A DNA stretch of 60,692 bases, counting the filler, from Sphacelaria rigidula (Eukaryota), in NCBI GenBank assembly GCA_964200075.2. It is 5 parts of 5 records of this genome, joined end to end, with 100 filler letters (N's around TTAATTAATTAA, not from the genome) between each part and the next. Parts side by side here need not be neighbours in the genome. Positions count along the whole stretch, not along the records: positions 48,635 to 60,692 come from CAXNAA020004179.1; 4 more parts are not named here. One strand, 5' to 3'. Made by a program: the position numbers and the translations under genes. Below the pieces are notes generated by a model. That model ran no database searches and was not told the DNA's origin. It was given only the letters and a program-made list of their open reading frames with translations. Shown one piece after another: positions 50,501-60,692 of the stretch; within the stretch, counting starts at the first letter, position 1; each line of letters opens with the position of its first letter.

Positions 50501-53500
50501 CATAAATTCTCCCATCATCTCCCTCCTCTTCGCATTGCAGTTAGTCTTTACTTGACAGTTCTGAATGTAAAGAGTAGGGGATACGCAGCTCTGAACGGTA
50601 ATGAAGTTAACAGTGTGAGGTTTAAGGGAGTGTACCACTTCCTGATCGTTTGCTGGACTCTGTAGTAACCCTCGAGCAGGAAGCGAGGTTATCGGCGATT
50701 TGAGTGCGTAGGGTAAGCACGATTCAAAGGCATTTGCTTCCCCGAACTTTTGAAGAAGATGACTTAATCACGCTCACTACCCCATCATTTCATCATACAC
50801 TGACTATTTGTAGTTTTCATCTCTTCGTCTTCGTTTTTTTTCTTTTCCTAGTCCAGTCTGTTTGTCTATTTCTCCCTTTCTGTTTTGTTCCCGTTTCCTT
50901 ATCGGGTGCTTCCACTGTGTTTACCTTGGGTAACCTTTACCTTGTGGATAATGACTACGGCTGGATCATGACTACCTGGTGGATCGGTTGATGTGCGACG
51001 AGCAATCTATCTATCAACTATCTCATCGTGTCATCGTGCATTTCCTCCTTGGCCCGACTCCCGTACCTGTCGACTGTTAGGCGGCTGTGCACGTGGGAAG
51101 TTCCTGCCGAGGTTACTCAATTGTCTCCAGCTTGGCCTAGCGTGGGAGCGGCGCCAGTAGATGAACTGATGCTGGCGGGAAACCAAGCATCGCTCGAGGG
51201 TAAGCAAACGCAGGCGGAAGAACAAGCACCGAAGCATGGGAATCAAACGATAGAAGCACTCCGGGCATCACAAGAAAATCGATCGATGTCCCAACGAAGA
51301 GAAAGCCAAGCATCGACATTGGAAGGGCAGTACGCATTATCAGGTTGGACGCAAGACCCGGATGAAAGCCGAGCATTGCAAGCAGGATACCGCCGAGCAC
51401 TAAGCGCAGAGGACGAGGAATCAGAGGGGATTACAGGAAAGCATGAGTCTGGGGTACGGGTTCGTGGCGAAGGCATGGCGGGGGACGCGGGCCTAGAGGA
51501 CAAACTGGCCGTTGTGCCGCTCATGGGAAACGCGTCGGAAGAGCAGGATCCGTTTGTGCCGGTAAGAACAAGGCGGAGTTCGACAGCGGGAGTGCGGAAA
51601 CATGCTAGTTTGTCAAATTTTCTTTTCCCCGCGTGGTCGAGTCTGCGTGAAGAAACGCCCATCTATCACTCACGGCTGAAGATAGACTTCGTGAGGCGGT
51701 CTCTCTGGATGTAGCAAAGAGTAAAGTAGTGGATTGACTGCTTGTTTGTTGCACATCATCATTGCTGAACCGCCTCGAGCCTAGTCGTGGTCAGTCACCA
51801 GATAGACGTACCCAAGAGTGTCTGATCATTTTGTGATACGACAAACTAAAACCGAAATCTATCTTCATTATTCGATCGTTTGTGTGGTTCCCGATAGTCA
51901 AATGACGCACATTCCTGAATCTTTGGCCCGTGTACATGAATCGTGCGCACTACTGTACAATATGTCGAGTGGTGCTGGAAGCCCTCCCAGAGAGTCGAGT
52001 AAGCCAGTCCTAGGTGGCGAAGTCAGCCTGGCGGTCTTTTCACGTGAGAAGCCTTGCTGTAGGGGCAAGAGTATAGGCACGTCCGGTAAAAATGAAGTGC
52101 TCGCGTAGGAGATGCCCGTACCTCATAAACCGAAAGTTATGGTGCTTAAAACGCACGTTTAGCCGATCCTGCCTGAGTGAGGACAGGTTCGACGCACTCT
52201 TGTACATTCCTTCCTTCCTGCTCTTCCGACCCCGATCTGCCCATGTCCGACATGAGCTTAACAAGGCCGCATGGTATCAAACGCCCGTAACCACACGAAC
52301 CGATCAGGCATCCTTGACGGAGTGTGGATACCCCCCGTTGTGCCTAGGTGAGTGGGAGATCATGACATCGTCGGCCAGGGCACTGTGCGTGAGGGGGCGC
52401 TACACCACCTACTTCCACCGAGAGACGGCTTCGCTGTTCTATCACGATGAGGTATGACTACGTGAACGACGTCTTTGTTTCATCACGGTGGTGTAGTCCA
52501 GGGTATGGCATGCGTCATCTCGTATCTGGCAAGACAAAAAAGCAAAAGTCTACAACCTATCAGCTTGCGTCGGACTTCTAACTGCTTCAGCACAACGGTG
52601 ACTCCGCTATCATGCAACCCCTCGCAACGTGCGGGGTTCGACCGCAGTGAGGTCCACGTCGCTGTCGTAAGGTCGACTCGCCATGGTACTCTCCAACAGT
52701 CGGACGAATACTGGTTCGTCTGAAAATGACGTGCTTCGAGTGTAGCTGATTCGTACCGCACGAATGAACCCGTGGGCTGGCTTTGTCTGCAGCGTTGCAC
52801 CCCAGGTTCGCGGAGCCCAGGCATGGGGAGTAGCGCAAAACATGCGTACAGACGACCGGCCGTCAACTTGTGTTCTCTCTTCGAGCAGTCAGGGCTTAGA
52901 ATTCGTTGATTTGGCGGTTCGAACCAGCGATTTGACGTCAGACCCCTGGTACTTTTTAGTGACTTCATACATGACGGTATGGATCCGAGGTCCTGCTACA
53001 GTGCCGTGCAGTTTAGTGTAGTTCAGTGTAGTGGAGTGAGGTGTGCGGTACAGTCTTGACTAGAGAGTCGTTACTGTACAGGGCCGTGCTGACTTCCGCA
53101 TTTTCGACTGGCATGGTAGATTACGTATTTCGTGGGACAACCTGCGGCCAATCACTGTGAACAACGAAGTACCGCTAAGCCACATTACGTCAGCTTCCGT
53201 CCTGGAGTTTTGAGCTTCTATCGTGAAGGATTCCAAAGCTTCCGCCCTAAGTGTTTGCGTCCAGACCCTGAAATCACGTTTTAAAATGTCCGAAACTCTC
53301 TGATTTCAAGGAATGTTAAGCCATGTTTTCAGACGGCAACTAAACGTGGTGCTACTTTGTGTAGTTTATCCTTCAAACATGGATCGTTATTCATGAACAT
53401 ACAGGCTAAACTGCTCGTCAACCTGGGAGCAATACCCCACATTACCTTTTGTTGCTTGCCACTCCTTCGTGCGTGCATGTGTGTGAACTAGGAGGCGTCG

Positions 53501-54230
53501 TAGACAATGAGGGGGTATCACTACCCGCCCCTACGATTTGCATTCAGAACTACATTTCATGTTTCTTTTCCATTTTCCCCCATCGAGATCAATGACCTGT
53601 ACTACCAAACGACCCCGTGGATGTACAGACCCCAACACAAAAGGTGTAGTGACACCAGATTCGAGGCCGTCAGATCAATGATATTCGATAAGGTCGAAGC
53701 TGAATGTTCTTCAAAGGGCGTGCTTTTTTTATTGTTATTATTTCCGCACATTAGTCCGATCTCGCGAACCCGTGGTCACAGGCGTAGGCTCGCCTTTCCA
53801 ATACCGTCTCTGCTATTCCTTACCAGACACATTACCAAAAATAAAAATAAGAAGAGAGACGCCACGAAAACCGGTGAGAAGTAGCTCGCCCGAGTTCAAC
53901 GGGGAGAGAAAAGAAAGAAAGAAAAACAAACAAACAAACAAACAAACGCCAGATCTGTCAAAAACAAATTACACTGAAAGAAAGGAAGAGAGAAGATAAT
54001 AAAGGACAAAACAGGAAAAGACAGGTGGCACAAGAAGATTAGGATGGCCACCATGTTAGGGTTCAACTCGAAAACGAAACAAAACAACCCCAGGCACCCT
54101 CATATACAACTACCACAGCTGTTTGGAGAAAGACGGCGACGAGTGTACTGTCCGAATGGACTACAGGTCACTTTTCGGAGGTCCTCGATCGGCACTGGGG
54201 GAGCTCTAGAGGCAGTGCAGCAAACCACTC

Positions 54231-54380
54231 CTAAGTTTGGCGTGCTTCGGTCCAAGCTGTCATATACAAACTAGCCCCCTCCTCTACAACTCGAGACCAT
54301 TCGGGCACATCTTGGGCAACCTGCGTCCACGATGTCGCGTGTATCCCGAATGTTTTTATGCCTCGTAATCTGAGATGCTG
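54231..54380 (-). mobile_element. C-terminal fragment of an RTE-type LINE ORF, with a pyrimidine-rich tail extending toward ~53900
   Basis: IKTFGIHATSWTQVAQDVPEWSRVVEEGASLYMTAW resembles the D+..FGI...W...AQD..W...V..G tail of RTE reverse transcriptases. Confidence 0.65.
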
Positions 54381-57300
54381 GCCCAAGATGATCTGCCGCT
54401 GTTTGAAGTAAATTATCACTCAAAGGGGAGTAGCGAAGCAACCGCGGGAAAATACCTTTATTTCAAGGGGCACGGTATCCCACCTGATCTACGCTGATGG
54501 CCCGCAATGATTTGTCGCTTCATCAAATAGATTAGCATCCAACGGGGAGTGGCGAAACCATCGCGGATTAATACCGTCATGATTTCGAACCAGGGACAAA
54601 AGCAGGTCACTCTCTCGTAGCTTCATCACGGGCTGTCGTTGTTCAGGGTTGAACGATAACACCCCCATGAAACCCTTTTCTTCCCTCGTGCAACATTTCT
54701 CCCTGACCTCTGCCTTACGATCACCCATCATGAGCGAGCACCCCGACAAAGTGATGCGTTTTCTGCCGTGCTGTGCTGTAAGGTGCTGGCCCGGAAAGAA
54801 GCGCTGGTAGTGATGGTCCAAAGGACGTGGCGAAGGCGCAGGAGCCTCAGGTTGGGACGGCAGCCGCTCAGCGGGCTGCAGCCGCGGCTTGGAAAAGGAA
54901 GAGATAGACGCAGGTGTCCCCGGGCTAGGACGGAGGCGTTTTCGTTTGCTCCTCCAGAAGATCTTGACGACCGAATGATGACCTGCACGGCATGGTCGTA
55001 TTTGAGGCGAGGTGCACTGCTGGTTAGAGAGGTGATGTTACAAGATGTTTTCCTGTCCTTTTTTGGTGTTCCATTTTGATTTGCTTTTCTCATCTTTTCC
55101 TCAGCCCCCCTATTGGTTCTGCTCGTTGTGAGCGGGTTTCTTCGCTGCATTTCGCATTGCTGACACCACGCTTTTCGCTTCGGAGGCTGGCCGTACTATT
55201 TTTAGGTAATGCTTGTGCGTGTCTGGAAGATCCTTCGATGCCATTGCTCTCACGGAAGGACTGCCTTTTTTTTGTCACACTTTTTGTACCCGCTCGCCAT
55301 GCACCGAGACGCTCCGGCTCGAGAAATCACTCCATATCCCCAGATCTGTACTGTAGACCCAGTTTTCAGTTCAGCCCAGAATAGTAGAGGGAGACTACAA
55401 TGCCACGTAATGGAACTGCAACAAAGTCATGATATTTCTAGAGTGAAATTGACGAGAGCGAAGAGAACCTGTGGCTAAACACGGAGTGAGGAGGCTTATG
55501 CTATCAAATAGTACGCGGTTTTTAAGAGTAGCAAGATGTGATCGCGAGTCAGAGAGATCTAACCTATGGAGTTACTAAAGGGCAATTGAACTCGTCTGAC
55601 TTGCCGTGTTGCCTGCGAATCACCCCAAACCCACCGAACACGAAGTTGGACATGACCAGGTCACCCAGCAAGAACTCGTGCATGCACTAGATCATTTTTA
55701 AAGCTGCTGCAGGCAGGGTATTGTTTTAGCTGCTTTTTGCCCAACGTAGAAGATAAGCGTTTTGGATCGAGGGGACGTACTCATTTGTTGCTTGCCTTAG
55801 TCTTTTAACCATTGACCACGCATTCCTCTCGAGACGGAGCACCGTGAGACCCGGGGGGGCGAGGGGGAATGTTGGATGTATGGGTCTGTAATCGAGTGAT
55901 TTTCGGGAAGAAGATATAGGGCAACGGCATTTGGAACTGCTATGTGGTACTTGAAAAAGTGGTGCCAATGCAACATGGCGTCACTCATGTAGGAGCAGCA
56001 AATGGAAGATGACAACAGTAACAACAACAAAAACAACAACAACTAGGCTTCAACATCGAACCATTATCTTTGGGTCATGGATCAATGAACTATCAACCTC
56101 ATTTTTCGCCGTCACTTCCACTAACTGTTTCTTTTACGCTTCGGGGATTATTCATGGTTTGTTATCTACTGCTTCACGATGACGGACACAGACGAAGGAC
56201 AGAGATGACGATACGTGGCAAGAGTTTCAAGATAGGACGACAGGTCTTCACTTCTTCTACTGCCCAGAATTGATGAAGTCCCGCTTTCATCTGCCAGATC
56301 TGCCCCCTCCCCCGGCAGAACAGGGCTCGTTCAGGGTGCGATGAATGCAATCATTCGTTTTTTTTTCTCGCCAACAATTACGACCACGCCTGACGACGGG
56401 CTTTCTTCTTTAGCTGCTACTGCTAGTAAATGGGAGTTCGATTCGACGCTCGTCCTCTGTTGCATTTTTCATGGCGCGACGGTGCCAAATTGCCAAAAAT
56501 AGAACTGTTTGGAATAATGCTAGAATGGTTGAAAAGAAAGGTGGAAAACCATTACTTTCCAGGTGCTGCGGCGTCGTCTTGAACATCCAGTTTTCTTCGT
56601 GGGCAACGGAAGGATGAGAAGGTGTGGGACCACCCTCCCAAATTTTGATCGAGTAGACGTACATTATCACACAAAGCGTTGTCGTGCGACGGAGGCGGTA
56701 GCGACACCGCACTTGGGAAGACTGCGCGTGCGTCTTCGGTGCCACTTGTAGTGTTCTTCTTCGTGTGTTGGCGTGCCCTTCATGTATTCGACACGCACGT
56801 ATTCCCATTCTTACTCCATGACTGTCAACGTGAAGCTTTCGATTTTCGATATTATATATCTGCTTCGACATTCGTGTTTTTGGCTTGATGGTCAGTTTCT
56901 TTCCACTTCATAACTACGCATTTATGTATATATATATATACATATTGGCACGCAGCCTCCGTTTCGACGGTAATATCTATTTCTAGAGCGTGTTCTATTT
57001 TTCATCATGGACTTGACTTCACGTACATGTGCACCACGTGTTCTGTTGTTACACATGTGTATCTCCACGAACGTACAGACGAGACTGCTCTCGGGTGTAA
57101 GTCAGGGTGAATATGACTTGCATTTATTGTGTAAGTTAACGCGTTGGGGTCCGTCACTAGATTTCCCAGAAGCCGTAGCCCGATATCCGTGGTCACCCGA
57201 AAAGATCCGCAGAAGGTTGGAGGCGGAGTACAACGCACGGTACCGTAGGAATATTCGCCATAGGCAAGCGACACGATCTTATTATCCGCTAAACGTACAT

Positions 57301-58740
57301 GACCGAGCTGACATACAGGTGAGTAGTACCGAAGGCTGTTACATAACATATGGTAGTGGTGCTACAGTACGCAAGAAGGGCAGTACGTGTCGCCGTGCCA
57401 TGGTAAATCGTGCAGTGCGTGGACTTAGTTGCAGACGCTGCAAGAACGAGTTTTGAGGGGCGCAAATTTTAGTATTGACGTGCAGAAACTGGAAAATAAC
57501 TACGAAGAGATATGTTTTGCCCCAAGAATCGTGGCGAGGGCGCGGGAGAGGGGGCACCAGGTATGAATCCTGAGAAAATCAGCCTGCATGCGTGTAATTT
57601 TCTTACAAGAGAATGAGCGGTAGCGCACGTACAGTAGGGTATAGCTCGGTCTGTTTCTTTGAGGGGGTAACGCTAAGTTAGATTGCCTCCCGCCCCCCTC
57701 CTGCCATGAGAGAGCTGCCCAAACACACACGCGTGCACGCACACATAACGCACATTCACGTGCTCGGATCTCTCTCACGAAATCGTCGTCCTTCACCTGA
57801 GTGCATGCATCTATCCTGAAGCGTCTGTAGGTAGAGATGAGACAACTTTTTGGACATTTACATCATGGACTATACACATATGGGATTGGGTGTTTGTCCC
57901 ACGGAAGCCGATCTTGCCTGCGAACCACACATCAAACAACATAAAGAACATTGACACGATAACTTTCGCGCCTAATTTGTGCAACGCTGCAGACTGGGTG
58001 CTGAATAATATGAGAAACATTGTTTTTGTTTGATGAGAAGTAGTAATGCAGTAGCCGATGTGTTGTCGGTAATCACTTGCTATGCCGGCAAACAGGATGC
58101 TTCACGTTGCTGTTCTTCCCACTTCTTGTTTATTTTGTTTCCCTAGTTTTTGTTTTTGTTTTTTTGTTTTTTGTGTTAGGTTTTTGTTTTCTTTCAATCG
58201 ACTTGGGAAGAAGAAAAATGTCTCAATTCATCAGCATTCAACCGTCTATAACGTACCTAACCTGCAAACCTGGGTTTACCCAAAGTACGACGGAATCAAC
58301 ACCCTTTTCATCTCCCCCGTTGATTCTTGTTTCTCCAACAATTAATGCAAAGGCTCGACTGGCGAAAGGAGACATTGTGGCATTCGTGTTCAGGGGCGAC
58401 CCAACGCCGAGCACAGCAGAAGTAGTGAAGGTCCGCGAGAACAAAGAACGAATCGACAGCGGTGATGTCATTATTACGGTTCACTACGACGTTACAGAAT
58501 GCGGAGAAACCTCCACCCCGCGGGGCCATAGCGCTTCATCCCTATCGTCATACTCCCACGTTTCTGCATCAGCATCGGCAGCGACGGAAGGTAGGGGTGG
58601 GAGGAACGGTGCATTGTTGGGTATATATTAGATCATAACATCCATATGGTTCAACAAGTCTCAGGCAGTATGCTTCAAAACGTCGTAGATATGCTGGGAT
58701 AATATATCTTGGATCAAACGCTACGAGTGCATGTGGTTTA

Positions 58741-58812
58741 TACATGCATGCATGCATGCATACGTACGTACGTACATACATACATACATACATACATACA
58801 TACATACATACA

Positions 58813-58840
<28 letters not shown>
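58741..58840 (+). repeat. (TACA)n microsatellite preceded by (CATG)/(TACG) variants
   Basis: Direct inspection. Confidence 0.95.
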
Positions 58841-58843
<3 letters not shown>

Positions 58844-59404
58844 TTTTAGCCCGCCGCGCCCGGATGGTCTAATGGTACAAATGACATCATTAGGACGGGA
58901 AAACGTGAGTTTATTCCCGATAAGTCTAGCTTGAATTATTTCTCAAAAATATCGTATTTTAGTCGTTGAACGCGTGAGGACATGATGAGCAAAACATAGC
59001 CTGTTCGGCTGAGCTTTGTTTTTGTGAGGCAGTTGTCGACGCGGTGCAGGAGTGATAGTCATGATCCAATCCGTGATACTGTACCAAAATTTAAGGCGTG
59101 TACCAACGGACGGATGGGTTGATTACATCGCCTGAGACCACGGACTCGTCCCGAGGAAGGGGTGAAGTTAGAAGTGAGAACAAGTATACTATTATATATA
59201 TTATCTTACTAAGTGGGGTATCGAGAGAACGGCTGTCGAGGCTTGAATGTGTTGGCGACAAAATCACACGCGAAAGGTTGTGAGTGCCCCGCTGTGTTGC
59301 ATAAACTCCGCGGGGCATGGCACCGGGTGCGATGCATATTAAACTCGGCCGTGATAGATTGCACCGCACAAAAGTAGGGGCAAGTGTCATGATCGCGGGT
59401 GACG

Positions 59405-59650
59405 GAGGGTATGCTTATGATCATGCATGCCGTAGTCATAAGACGACTAACCTCGTATCCCTACAAAGCCGGGACGGAGCACGCCCGGCTTTCACCGGAC
59501 CAGGCTCGCACTCAATCNNNNNNNNNNTCTCACTCAATCACCAAGCGCGAAGCGCCGTGGTATGTCCGGTGAGTCGCATGAAGGGTGAGCTGCATCCTGC
59601 TAAGATTATTCAGCCCGAAGCCTACTGGTTATCTTGCATTTGAATGTCAG
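59405..59650 (-). repeat. Dispersed ~230-bp repeat, second copy at 60464-60692 in the same orientation
   Basis: Shared cctacaaagcc.ggacggagcacg...gctcgcactcaatcaccaagcgcgaagcgccgtg...gagtcgcatgaaggg...ttatcttgcattt. Confidence 0.9.
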
Positions 59651-59877
59651 CCTCGAATGAGTTGTTTTATTTCCTGGTATCGCTACTTCCAGAGACAGCC
59701 ACGGCTTATACACTGCCTTACGGGTGTCTCACCATTTTGACACCACGTTGTACAATCATCCCCATTGTGCGGAGTTGAGGTTCTCCCACGCCGCACAACG
59801 TGATCTGCTTCGACCGCCAACATTTTCGATTGATTGATTGTTGCCCTTTAGGTGAACCCCCAGGTAGTCATGATCCA

Positions 59878-59925
59878 GCCGTGGTCACATGATAGACGTA
59901 CCCAAGACAAAACTAAACTGAAACA
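59878..59925 (+). repeat. Short dispersed repeat, also at 51784-51860
   Basis: cgtggtca...gatagacgtacccaaga...aaactaaa. Confidence 0.6.
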
Positions 59926-60692
59926 CTCGCTCAAGCATTAAAAAAAAACAGAAGAGGTAGAACCGACCAACAGAGTAGACTGAGGAAAAAAAACTAGAAA
60001 CGGTCGGCCTCTTCCACGTGGCTTCGGTTGAAAAGGTCTCGCGCAAAAACCAGACTCATACCCAGTCGTGGGAAACGATTGGGGCTCGTCCACTACGACC
60101 GCACGATTTTGGGTATGAAACGCCTCATCCATGGACCCTACGGAAGCATGGTTACCGCAAAAAAAACGCAAGCGAAAAAAATAACGGTAACCTGGTCGCC
60201 TAGCTTATGTAGTGAGTGGCGTGCTTTACGACGTCGTTGCCGATCGACGCCAACCGTCGAAGGAGGGAAATCTCGCGGGGTGATTACAACAGTGACAACT
60301 CCTCCGCAGCAGAGAGGTGCGATGGCGCACCGGATGCGAGAACAAGCCAGTTCGTATTAGATTAGGGGGATGGGTCCAGCCATAGCAAACATTTTGAGCA
60401 AAGAATTCATACAACGGAGTGATCCTACAGTAGGGAGAAGGGTTGGTTGGTTGCACGAAACAAGGGGGGGGGGTGTACTCATGATCATGCATTACATAGT
60501 CATCAGACCATTGACCTCGCATTCCTACAAAGCCAGGACGGAGCACGGCGGGTTTTCGCCGAACCAAGCTCGCACTCAATCACCAAGCGCGAAGCGCCGT
60601 GATGTATTCGGCGAGTCGCATGAAGGGCAAGCTATACCCTGCCAAGATTGTTCGGCCCGAAGCCCACTGATTATCTTGCATTTGGATGACAG

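Noticed and set aside
51028..51714. 228-aa ORF as a host gene
   Set aside because: No recognisable domain or splice support, and it is surrounded by repeat debris; probably a retroelement linker remnant, though it cannot be excluded.
59405..60692. Paired LTRs of a small retroelement
   Set aside because: The two copies are visibly diverged and the interval holds unrelated repeats with no PBS or PPT seen; independent insertions are more likely.

Overview
Eukaryotic, repeat-rich genomic window, most likely from a photosynthetic stramenopile of brown-alga (Ectocarpus-like) type. That assignment is inferred from ASAFAP-type bipartite plastid signals on LHC genes, GT-AG introns and (TTAGGG)n repeats. 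Four ~100-bp scaffold gaps carry a TTAATTAATTAA linker. Host genes I could rebuild by hand with phase-compatible splice sites: a 7-exon Kelch-repeat gene (minus, 14094-20104); a divergent multi-exon orphan candidate (plus, ~21282-23235); and a head-to-head pair of light-harvesting complex genes (minus 29536-34479 with a 4.1-kb intron; plus 35003-35899, rest not found before the gap). The remainder is mostly mobile DNA: a decayed Ty3/Gypsy element (38230-~47584) whose integrase ends in a chromodomain plus an extra Tudor/SH3-like segment, a second fragment of that family, an Academ-like transposase pseudogene, a hAT-type non-autonomous element filled with a 41-bp palindromic satellite, several nested foldback MITEs, tandem piggyBac-type MITEs, a tRNA-derived SINE and LINE tails. 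No CRISPR array, rRNA or intact tRNA was seen. All family assignments are by motif recognition, not by database search.
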